The position numbers and the translations under genes were made by a program. This document shows positions 39,200 to 58,914 of a stretch of DNA of 64,000 nucleotides, piece after piece. Position 1 is the stretch's first letter; each line of letters begins with the position of its first letter. The notes beneath the pieces were generated by a model. It saw only the letters and a program-made list of their open reading frames with translations. It made no database searches and was not told the origin of the DNA. Origin of the DNA: Yuukianura sp. NJ FZ-2021 (lineage: Eukaryota); NCBI GenBank assembly GCA_046563655.1, contig CM102286.1, positions 7,564,001 to 7,628,000 of the forward strand, given 5' to 3'.

Positions 39200-42100
39200 T
39201 TAAATCGGGGGCGTGACACCCCCTGATTGTTGTTGGCTGTATCTCTCCCACGACGAAGCTGGCGGTCCAGAACCACGTCCAGTTCCACCCGGGAAATTTG
39301 GTCTTGTATTCATGTCCCCGAAATTCGGTGGCATCATTGGCATTCCAGCGGGATTCGGAAATGGAAGGAGTCCTAGTTGCTGCGCAGCGATTAGTTGGGC
39401 AGCTAGCGCAGCTTGCGTCATGTCGACGGATGGTGGCCAACCTGGTGGCATCAAGCTGGGCGTCATCTGACCTTGTGACAAGCCTCCTCTCGGATCGCTA
39501 TTTGACATTGATACAAACATGTATTTTAAAATAACGTTCTGTAATTAGTTAGTGCTCATGCATGTTATATAATTTGTGTAAGCATTGTTCAATGGATCAC
39601 TTACCCTGCAAGTCTTGGATCCGATGATGATGCAGCTTGAGCTGTTCGTCTGTTCATTCGTGGGTCAAGTACTCCCTCTCCTGGAATGTTAGCGGGACTC
39701 ATTCCGCCAACATGCGTTTGTGCAGATTGCGGTGGCGAAGCAGGATCTGGTAGTAGGGAAATTCCTCCAGCAGTTCTGGGACCAAATCTCGGATCCAGAG
39801 CGAGTTGCCCAGGCGTAAGTGTATGCTTGACATAGTTGTAGTCTGGAGGTTTCACGCCTGCAACGAGTCGTATCCTCCACGGCATCGGAGGATGGCTGTT
39901 AATAGCTGCGTCAATCATATTGGCAGGACCAGTAGGTAACGGTTTAAAAACTGGAACTGGACTTTTCTTTCCAGAAGAGATTGGCTCTGTCATTCGTAAA
40001 TCTACGTCTTTAAATTCTTGTCGAAGAGATGGAGGTACTCGGAAATCAGTATCACGAAATGGACCTTGAGAGGTGGACGGCTGGTCGTTGATCATTTGCT
40101 TTAACCCTCCGCCAATACGGAAGTCAACGTCACCTCTACCGGTATACGCAGACAATGGTGGACTGGCTGCGGAGGGTTTACTGCGTGTTGTGTCTGGTTC
40201 AGCGTTAGTAGGTGCTGCAGCAGTAGTTTTACGAATGGCTGACAGCACAGATGCAAAATCGACAACCGGTTTTTGATCATTACTAGCTTTCGGAATCTCC
40301 TTCAAAACTTCTGTCAATGGTTTGTCCGTTTCTTCGTCTGAAGAGTACCAACCACGGTCATCCGGTCGTTCATCGTCACTGGGTTCGTCTCTCTGAAAAG
40401 AAAAAAAAATGTTAGTTATTTAAAGAAAAAAAAACTTATTTTAGCACAATTTCTTGAAAAAAGCACTCAAAGAATAAAAAACCATTCTGTAAACTTGCAG
40501 TTTTCTTTTCATTTTTCAATTCCCGTTCTTGAATTCGGCGGAAAATTCCTCTTTGCATCGGTGGCAAATTGTCAGGCACATTTAACTCTGATTCCATCTT
40601 TGGTTCGTTCCTACTTGATGATTGATGTGGAGGAGAATCAGGACTGATTCCATATTCTCGACTGTATGACTCATCTCGAAAATCATGCCGATCTCTGAGA
40701 TTGTTGTCTTTCCCGTCTTGAGGTGGTGGGCGCTGGATTGTTGTTGATGGAATGTGCAAGGTTGCCAACACATTGGCCAGCGCTGGATTGTTGACAATGT
40801 GGGGTTGAGGAGGAAGCAGTGGCGGAGGAAGCTGATTTGGCAACCCCATCAATGGAGCAATTCCACCGCCTCCAGATGAACCGTGGTGGGGTTTCCGGTG
40901 ATCACGGTCTCGAGGACTCCCTTTAGTTTCGTATTTGCTATAGGAATTTTGTTGCTCTCGTTGTGGAGCTCCTTCTACAGTTTCCTGGTAAAGGTTTCCT
41001 AGTCCAGCTTCTTCCATTAATTCTTGTAGCTTATTTTCGTCTTCTTTCGTTGGTTGTTCCCATCTACTGCGCCGTCGCTCTTCGTCCCGCTCTATTCAAA
41101 AATAAATTTTAAAATTAAGATAACAATACCATAACTTCCTTGTTTCGAAAGGAAATTTGAAATTTACCGCGCTCTTGTTTCTTAAGCTCTCCATTTATTT
41201 TGCTTTCCATTTTGGCAATCAAATTGAGCGCACCCTGTCGGTTGAGTCGTGGGAAATCTCCAAGAATTTCTTTTGGTGCTGTTTCTATATGCTAAAAACA
41301 TCAAACAAACTCAGTTAAAGTTAATCAGCTGAGATTAACTGAAAATTAACATAGCATGTTTAACGGTTCATAAGAATTCACCTTCAATAGAACTGCTTTG
41401 GTTACTTCATTCATTGGTTTGTGACTGAATTTACATTGGTTCTTTAGACCTTGTTTGCAGACCAATCCCGTATGGTAATATTTACAGGGAAAGTCATTGT
41501 GCAAATATAAACATTTTTCCTTCTTTGCACAACAGTCCAGCATCCAGAATTTACAAAGTTCCATTTTCCGGGGTGGAACAGCATTGTGTGAAAATGAACA
41601 TTCTTCGTGGGATTTTTGACACTTTCCTTGCATATAGTAAGCGCAGATTTGATCTGATTTGTGTAACGGTTTAATCGGATCCTTCCTGCCCGAATTCGGT
41701 CTTCTGTTGCCTCTCGTATCCTCTCTCCGCCGCCTAAAAATTACAAAATACTTTAGTTCGTATTCAGTTTTTTCAAAATATTTTTTGGAAATTCCTAGAA
41801 ATCTTACCTATCTGCTGCGGCTGAAGGACTTCTGGACTTCCTTCGACGTTTGGCTGCTGGTGATGCTGGAAAATCGTTTTCCAATTCATCTTCATAGATT
41901 GGATTTCCAAATGGGTCGGTGTCATAAACTCGTCTGCCGGAGTTGCCTGGAGATGTACTTGCAATTATGTCTACTGGTGGAGAAGGAGAAGCTCCACGAA
42001 CAAAAAGATAGTCTTCGTCTCCAGCCGAAATGTCTTCAGATCTCCGGCTTCGTTTCTTACTCGACTTGTCTTTGTCTTTTGACGAACTGGAACCGTCCTT

Positions 42101-43459
42101 GCTCTCGACGCTATGCTTTCTTCGTCGTTCTGACTTTTCCTTTTCTTTTTCTTTGGTTTTGTTTCTGGAGTCTTTGTCCTTATCCTTGTCCTTCTCTTTA
42201 TCCTTGGAACTGGAATGGTGATGATGTCTCGATGACGATTTCTCTTTGCTTTTTGAAGTATCGGCGGAGGCAGTAGTCGCGGAGGACTGTTTTTCAGCGA
42301 CTGGAGGTGTTTCCTCATCGTCTTCGATTTCACCCTCCTCCATTTCCTCGTCTTCCTCATCCACTGCGGCAAGCTGGGCCTTCAACTTCCGTATTTCGTT
42401 TTCCTCAACTTCAAAGGAAATGTTGGAGTCAACTTGCTGACCTGAATCGCTAACTGGGCTATCAGGGGATGACCCGCTCGGTTCGTTGTGCTTCGCTCTC
42501 GGATCAAGCGTTTGCTTACTATTGGAATCTGATTCGTAGGCTTCACCATCTTCGTCGTCGTAGGCTCCAGAAACTTGCTCCTTCATATTGCTAAGTTCAT
42601 TGGGATGGCTCTGCTTGGAAACATTTGAATCTGAACCATCTGAATTGTCCGGACTTTCCGGAACTTCCGGTGCATCATGTTCTTGGTGTTCCGGTGCACT
42701 TTCTTGTTTATTAAAAGCTGACTTAATATCATCGTCTCTCATATCCACATCTTCCGGGGTAATATGCGCCTTGCAATCGCTAATTCCGGCTTCGTCATCA
42801 GAAGAAACCTTGGATTCTGTCTGCGGCGAGGGAGATCTTGGGGAAGGACTACCGGGAGGCGGAGATGACGGGGTCAGTCCGATATCACCAGAAATGACTC
42901 TAGTGTCTGAATCTGATTTGCGCTCAGAATTCGATTTTTCTTCGTCCCCAATTGACACAGGGTGAGTCTGAGCTGAATTCGGCGAACTATCCTGAATTGA
43001 TACTACTACATCATTACTCACAGCAACTGCTGCGCCCCCTGGATCTGACCTGTGTTCAGTCTCAAAATCATCTCTTGTCAAAATCATGTCAGATTCACTG
43101 TCAGATTCCAGTTGCTTCTCATAGTCACTGCTGTGTTCAGATTTTTCGGGGCTGCGGTTGCCTTCATTCGCGACCTGTTCGACGTACATTTCATTATGGG
43201 GTTCAGGATTTTGATTTACGTTGTCATTTGATGGTGATATTTGATCCAGCATTTCCACGTCGGGCTCTGGATTGTGCTTAACGTGGTCATCTGATGAGCA
43301 GTTTTGATCAAGTGAAGTAGTAGTAGGGGGTTGGGGGTCAGTGACATCGGGGTTCCAAACAGGATCGGAGCATTCTGTTTGTTCACAAGTGGGTGACGCT
43401 GGAGTGTCGGTCATAATTTCATCTTGGATTTCATCGACTTGGCTCATCTCTTGTTCCAT
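39200..43459 (-). CDS. ZC3H4: CCCH zinc finger protein, ZC3H4/ZC3H6/suppressor of sable family
   Basis: Three tandem CCCH fingers (CAYYMQGKC..CSFSH; CKFWMLDCCAKKEKCLYLH; CKYYHTGLVC..CKFSH), EMEEGEIEDD motif, GWYSSDEE, repeated DPR and D[V/T]D[F/L]R motifs, long acidic low-complexity N-terminus. About 6 coding exons. Confidence 0.85.
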
Positions 43460-46447
43460 TTCGATTTGAAATTAATGTCCGAATTTACTGTAAACATAAA
43501 AGAAAAGAAATATCTAAATGCAAAGGCATCAATTTTCATTTAGCAAGCTCATCTCAACTGACAGAAGCAAAACTGCGCAAATGTTTTAGTCATTGGACAA
43601 AATGAAGTCATAATTCATTTTGTGCTGTTGAACACTAAATTGGGATCAAAATAAATTAAAGCAATTTCAATTCCACAGGGTAACCAAATTTCTGCAGATG
43701 CATAAATTATACACATATAAAAATGACATAATTCATAATAAGTTTCATAAATGGAGTTAGTTCAGCGAAAAACGTTTGTAGTGGTCTTCCATAAATTTCA
43801 AATGTCGATTGTTTCCAATATGTCGTCACTCCAACTGTTTCGACTTCATATATAGCAGAAGTTTATTTTGAATTATTAATACAACTTTCACCTTGAGATC
43901 ACTTTTTTCAAAACCTAAAGCAAACACTTGAGGCTTACCATATTGGAAATCGATTCGATGCTTCAAATGAAGCATAATTTTGACCAAAAAATATCATCGG
44001 TTCCTACAACATCATTTTACATGTAAATCCTATCCATGTCATCTTAAAACACTCTTTCAGGAACAACAAAGATAATGTTCATGAAGTAGCGTTTAGCGCG
44101 TTGCGCAATTTGAGCAAATCCGGATAAAGTGAAGACGGCGTCATTAACCAGACATAAGGGAAACCGGATAACAAAAATAAAAAAGTTGCAGTATTTAGCT
44201 AAATGTGATTGAACTTTGGTGTGATCATTTACCAATGGCGGACGCTATGGTAAAAGTTCCATTTCCGAACTAATCACTCAAAAAACATTTGTTTGACCAA
44301 TTACCGAAAATTCGTTAAACTCAGGCTTCCTGCATCATTTAAGCCAGCGCAGCGCACGTCGTCATTATTACCAAACCCTAATTTGAAAACACTTTCATAA
44401 ATTGTCACTTTTCCTTAACATTTATCACCACATCGGTGACATAAATTTCCTTTTTAGCAACTCAAGGAAAGTGGGACTACTATTTCGTCTTTACATTTTT
44501 TGCACACCGAACAAGGCGTCTGTCTTCCTTTGGAGTGGTGGACGTGGTGGGGTTATTTGGTGGCTCACTTTTCACTCTAACATTTTCAGCCTCCTATGCT
44601 ACGCATCCAAGAGACGTTAACATTACAGGGAAAGGGAAATGACTTTGTCTCTTATTTCAAGTGGTTTTAGACACCCGAACCACTTAGGGGAAGAGACAGC
44701 ATGCGCTGTAGCGATATGCCCCACCACGAAGAACAGGAATGAGCAAAGCGAGTCATCCAACCCAACCCTGTGGGTATTAACGTTAACGTTATGAGGATTA
44801 GGATATACCATGTCCACCCACCTTAGTTCTAGGAAAGGAAATGAGGACAGGAATAAATCCAAAATGGAGGCCCATTACCCATATGGCAAAAACGAAACGG
44901 AGGAACTGAACAATGGAATTGACGAAACGATATGCTCACTCCTGTCCATGAATAACTCTTGGAAGACGACGATGTGCTAAAAGAATGATTAAATTTAGTT
45001 AAACAAGGTAGTAATTACTCCTTGAGTCTCTCAAGTGCTCGGAGACTTTGATGGTCCTCAAAAAGTGACTCAAGGCAAGGCTGATTGTTGGGCCGACGAC
45101 GTATTGAATTGTCCGACCGATTTTTAAACTACGAACGTCTTTCGGAAGGTAGTAAGTAGGCATTTCATGGCAGCTTACTCTCTTTTAAACGCTGGAATTT
45201 GGAACGGAAGTTACTGGAGCAGAGTTTTAGAACATTTGATTGAAGTCACAGAGAAAGGAATAGTTTAGTTGATCCGTCGTACATTTACCCGTACTCAAGG
45301 ATCCTCCTTTGGGCAATGAAATGAGTCGAGAGAAGAAGGGGACGAAGCAACTCTCTCAGAATTATCTCCACCTTCATTCCGATGAAAGGGCAACCTCCCA
45401 CCCTGCTTGACGTTTTATATAACACCCACCGTCTAAAGCACAGTTCACATCACACTAATCGTTCAATGAAATTGCCGGCGTAAAAATCGCGTGAAAATAT
45501 ATTTCAGCAATTCTTAGGTTCGGTGTGCTAATGTCCAAGATAGTTTGAGTTAGTGTAAATCCTGCTACTATGATTAACTATTAATTGCACCAAAAGCTGA
45601 ATAACATCGCAGCCTGCTTTCTGTAAGCACAAGGAAAAAGCACTTTGGTGAGGGATTAAACATAAGCACCAACTTAAATAGATTTGTCTAAATTATTTTT
45701 ATGTTTATAGGGTAGCAACGGGAATTCAATTATTGAAGGTACTGATTTGTTCTAAGAAGATTATATTATTATCAGTTATATTCAGAAATTGCAAAATTAT
45801 TATAAATAGGTGCATTAATCGAACATAACATACGTTTCAAACACCGTTTGGGCTGTTCCTTGTTTTTTTTTCAATTTAAACCTTACCTTTGCTTTGAATA
45901 ACTTGAGTGTTTGTCCAATTGAGTTCTCTACCGCAATGGTTACTATCCGCAGTTAGTAAAAGTAGCAGTACAAATATTTTTGAATATTTCTTTTGTTGTT
46001 TTTTTTTACGTTATCAGTGATATGCGGCTAGGTATCATTCCATGCTGTATTTCACTGCGCTGTTTGAGTTCTGTTAGGACTTTAGCGTGAATGTTAAATT
46101 CGCACAACGCAAGTGCTACGACGCAACGGCGTACTGTGTGAACATGGCTTAACATCTGTAAGTGATGTTATGGGGGTTTTAAAATTTGACATCTGTATGA
46201 GTGTGTGCTTTGTGTGCAGCTAGGAACAGGGAAGGGATGTGGCAAAATAAAAAGGAAACCGGACAGCGGATCTATCCTCCCTACTGACTCACGAACAAAC
46301 TTCAACTCAAATCCCAAAAGAAGAAAGAAACACCAAAAAAGGAATTCCCACTCTTACATTCCTTTCTTGTCTTTTGAGCAGTGTCACACTCTTCGAAGTC
46401 GCTCTTCGTCATCAGTACTCTTCTGAAACTTACCTCATCTGTGCGAA

Positions 46448-54427
<7,980 letters not shown>

Positions 54428-55215
54428 GAATAGAGGAACTTGCGACTTAACCAAGCGACTTCCGACGGTCTTGTGCCTTTGAATCTTAAAAACCCATTTA
54501 TAATTGAATAATTCCAAATTTCCTTCCATGCTTATACTTATGAGTAACATGTACATAATTTAACCACAATCTTATGTAACCTTCTTAACTATAATTCCGA
54601 AAAAAAAGTGTTACCCAATTGTAAATGGATTCATTGGTCAAATTGTGAACAGTAGCCGTAATAATGTATATGATTATTTATTACATTTACAAGTATTAAT
54701 AGAAACCAGTGTTTCCAATTAATAATCTGCATGAAAATTCTCTCCTGTAAGAAATCCGTGCCATGTAAGTAACTTTGTACTTAAAGGGACTTATTAGGAC
54801 TTTGTGAGTGGCCTGACTTGTTGAATTTATGATTGTAATTGGTCATATTAGCTGTAGACAAATTATATTGTAATTCCATAAATCAAAATTTTGGAAAAGT
54901 GGTTGGGATTTCTTTTAGTAATTTTCTTAAGTAATGCCGTGACGTTGAAAATCACTTTACATAATTCAGAAATTTAAAGTAAACTTGAAAAATGAGACCA
55001 GTAAACCGTTAGGTATTTCTTAGTTAACGGGCTGAATTGTGTTAAGCTGAAGCTGGCATCGTACATTACGTTTTTAAAAATTTCACTTCAACGTTGTTTT
55101 TCAGAAAATGTTTAGAGTCGTATTCAAAAAAGTAGAAATTCATTTTCTGTTTCAATTGATTATTAATTTATCAGTGTTTGAGTTCAGCGTTGGTAGCCCG
55201 TCTGCAAATGAAGCT

Positions 55216-55739
55216 ATGTTGGACCATGGCGCTGGAAGTCATGCTGTTCAGGAGGCGGTGCTAGCAGATGCATCGCGGCGATCGAGCTGGCCTAGGAATC
55301 GCACAGAAGTATGAATTTTAATTATATTTAACTAAATTCTTAATTAGCGTATGCTGTAATTAATTTTTGCCGAATTTTTACTTGTATCTAGGATACAATG
55401 GTGTCAATGCGTCAGCAGAATATTCGGCAGTCGACGCTGCCAATCTTAATCCTGGCACTTGTGTCCATTGCGTTCATTGTGGCTTTCAAAGTGTTCTTAT
55501 TGCTATGGAAAGTGACTTATTACACTGTGGTGGATCCCTACGAAACTTACGAGTATGACATTTATAAACTAATACTACGATACAACGATATTACACTTTG
55601 GTAATCATAACTTGGAATCTTTTAACTGCGTAGGCCACTCCCGGATTTCAGAATGTTAAAGTACTTGGATCCTTCTGGAGTCTCAAAAATTATCGAAAGC
55701 CTATCATGGAAACCTACTGCTGTTTCGCAGAAGCAATAA
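55216..55739 (+). CDS. Small putative single-pass membrane protein of unknown function (3 exons)
   Basis: Exons ~55216-55309, 55392-55600 and 55635-55739 join in frame through canonical introns. One hydrophobic segment LPILILALVSIAFIVAFKVFLLLW; aataaa at ~55796. Start codon uncertain. Confidence 0.55.
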
Positions 55740-56016
55740 GCTCCACTTCCTTATTTCGGAGGACGCTGAAGAGTCCGATTTCAATTTAAAACAAAATAAA
55801 AGTTCGAAATGATGAGTTTTATTTCTTTGTAAACGTTATGAAGAATTTTAGTCCGAAGAATTTAAGTTTGAAAGTCTCGTCGTTTTCAACTAGTACAAGT
55901 TTCTGTGAAAGACGAAAAGGAAGTGTGCGACGTTATATCTAACTTGGGATAGCAGCATCATTAGGAAGTTTTCCAAGTATTCGAATTTTGGGATTGCAAT
56001 TTCCGTTATATTGTTC

Positions 56017-58259
56017 TCACTGTTGATTTGCCAGTTGTTGCCAGTCGTATCTAAAAAGAATAAAGACCAAATTCGCTGATATTATGCTTATAAGTTAGAA
56101 AAATGATTCATTCATAAGCTCGTATTAAATTTTACGTAGCATAATTGGCTAAAAATGCTTCAATGGCGTCGAGATTGGCCTGGACGACATCATCACCACT
56201 CAGTTGGTCAGTATCGAATGCAAATTCTTGATTTTCAAGCGACGGGTCCTGGACAGAACACTGCTTAGGCACGGTATTATGGAATTTGACAATGAGTGAC
56301 ATCAACGCATCGTTCATGAAATGAGTTGCTGAAGCAGCGGCACCACAATTGCCATCAGCGCCTTCTGTTTCCAGTTTGCCTATTAATGGGTTTGCAATTT
56401 GAATTATCTAAGATTGCTTAAGTCGAGTATATGGATTGAGTTATTTAGACATTTTTACCATTTTGATCCTGTGCTCTTGCGTTTCTTAATTTATGCTTTG
56501 ACCCTGGTTGTGGTTGCCCAAGGTTGGAGCTTGACTCTGTTTCCCCAGGCTTGGACCTTGATCGTGCGTCTGCAGACTTCGACCTTGATCGTGTTTCACC
56601 AGTCTTCGATTTTGATCGTGTTTCACCAGTTTTCGATTTTGATCGTGCTTCACCAGGCTTCGACTTTGATCGTGCTAGTCCGGGCTTTGATTTTGGTGAT
56701 GGTTGTCCCTGATTCAACCTTAATTTTATTCGAAATAAAAATAGTTAAAGACAAAACAGATTTAATTTGTAGTTGTTAGGATTAATGTCCATACCGATTT
56801 TTAGCAGCAATCAGTTTTTGCTTTTTAGCTTCAAGGCGATTCAGTTGTCGTTGTAGCTCAAGAGCACGTTCAGCCTCTCGTGCTTTTGCTGCCTCACATT
56901 CCTTCTGCTTCGCACGAGCTTCTCGCATCTTAGTCAGTTTGCCGAGGTTTGCCAAAACCTTGGGATTGGCAATCGGTGGTTTAGGCAAAATGAGTCCATC
57001 AGTTGTAGACGTTGAAGCTGAAACCAAAAATGGCGGAACCGAGAGATCAGCTGAGGTAAGCGTTGCGTCTTCCGTTGACGTCGATGTTGTGAGCGTATTT
57101 TCAGGCATTACAACGTCTTTGGATTCCTCCTCCTGCTTCAATTCGTCGAGCATTTCTTCGCTTTCATTAACTTCATGCATTTCTTCAGATTTCAAGTCAG
57201 GTGACTCCTCTGGTTTTAATTCTTCCGCAGCTTCACCAACTTCCGTTGCAGCGTCTTCTTCGTCGATCTGCTCTTCTTGTTCTTTTTCGTTAGAATGAAG
57301 TTCGGTTTCGTCTTGGCCTAAATCTTCCTCCTCTTCGGCCATTTCGGTTTCGTTTTCGCGCGAATCTTCGCCGTCCTTAGCCAGTTCGGTTTCCATTTCA
57401 TCCGAAGTCTCAGGCATTTCCTCAGTTTTCTCCGAGTTTTCCGTAACTGAAAGTTATTGAACATTAGAATCATTCGGACGTTTGTAGTAGACATTAGTAA
57501 CAAAATATTGCACCATCTTCGTTCAACTCAGCGGTTCCTTCTGCTTTCTTCTTCTCCAGTGCAAGTGCAGCGTCTCGATCTCCTTCGGGTTGCTTTTCGT
57601 TCTTCTTAGTCCATTCGCTTACAGTTTGCTGGTCAACATATTTCTTGACAAAGGAGTTGAGGAACGCTGGGTTGGAACGGAGAAATTTCTCGACTTTCTT
57701 CTCTTCGTCTAAAATTGCAATAGTCAATCAATTAATCAGGATTTTAAGTTGAGAATTAGTTGTGATTTAACATAAACACTGAAATATAGCATTCAATACT
57801 TGTCAGATTCTTATCCGCCAATGCTGATGACGAAACGTTCCCCCTTGGCTTCGCTTTTGGTTTGACATTGAGTTGTCTGAAAAATACAAATTAGTTAGAA
57901 ATTAGATACAAATTAATAGCTAGCAATGCTCAAAGCTTCAGTGGTTTGGTTGTCACATTTCTTGTAAGATGAAGCGGTGTGAATTACCGTGGTTTGTTGA
58001 ATTTTAATTTCACTCCCTTCGTCGTTGATACAAAGGGATGGTCGGCAAACTGAAACGCCGGCGCCGGTACAGCTTTCTTCGACTTCAAACGGGGCAATCG
58101 TTTCTCACTTCCGTTCCAAGACAAATCACAGCTAGCGAGGGAGTTTGAGTCACAGTCGAAGTCAGGGCAAGCGCAAGGAGAGCTGTATTCGAATGAGTTA
58201 CTGAAAGAACCTTGTCCGAAATTTTGGCAATCATTGCACGAAAATGAATTCCAATCCAT
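56017..58259 (-). CDS. Unknown protein, 7 exons: Cys/Ser-rich N-terminus, PDE-N-terminus-like motif, acidic region, coiled coil, basic 9-aa repeats
   Basis: ORF pieces 57984-58259, 57494-57727, 56782-57417, 56445-56717 and 56132-56317, plus two small exons, all splice in phase through GT-AG introns. Ends YDWQQLANQQ*. Confidence 0.75.
56540..56692 (-). repeat. Coding 27-bp minisatellite (5 copies) encoding RS[K/R]SK[P/T/S][G/A][E/D][A/T]
   Basis: ttgatcgtg at 56558, 56585, 56612, 56639 and 56666 (period 27). Confidence 0.9.
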
Positions 58260-58914
58260 ACTGAAGTGGCAAACTCAAAGAGTGGAGCTGAAATAAAATA
58301 TTTTGAAATGGTGCTAAGAAATTGAATCAATCATTATTAAATAAACCATGAAATTTTAGTGGTAGGTGTAATCCACCGTTCCGCTTCAGTACGGCTCCAC
58401 ACCGCGGTGCACCGGGAGGGAGAGAGCGTCGTAGTGTCGCTTCCTTTTCCAGCAAAGCAACTTCGATTTTTGAAAACAATTTGAGTCATCTTCACTCTGC
58501 ATTCGTCAAGGTGACCTGTGAAAACCAAAATTTTAAAAAATTTTCGTGATTGAAAAGAATTATTATTATTTCTGAAAATCAATTTTGACTTACAAGTAGA
58601 GTAAAAAATAGCCTTGCCTTGATTCGCTTTTAACATGACAGCGTTCCTCGCTAACGATAGTACAACAGTGTTTGTTGGTTCCTGTTCGAATACTTAAAAT
58701 GAATTCGTTAGTATCCTATTTTTCGTCCATGAGCGTTGTACTTCAACAAACTTAAGAACTTTAATCTCAACAATTGAGCTGGAAATGGAAAGATTATGAA
58801 GTGAATTATAAATTAGATACAATATAGAAGGTAGACAAGTTTTTTGATCATCGGTATCCGTTTGGCAATGATGATACTCGGAGATTCCCAATTACTTGAC
58901 GGGCAAAGGCATTT

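Noticed and set aside
41659..43281. Plus-strand and alternate-frame ORFs overlapping the ZC3H4-like gene
   Set aside because: Low-complexity shadow frames of an acidic/Ser-rich exon.
44400..45000. GC-richer stretch with short ORFs between ZC3H4-like and myosin
   Set aside because: Frames I tried stop early with no motifs or consistent splice pattern. More likely promoter, UTR or intron sequence.
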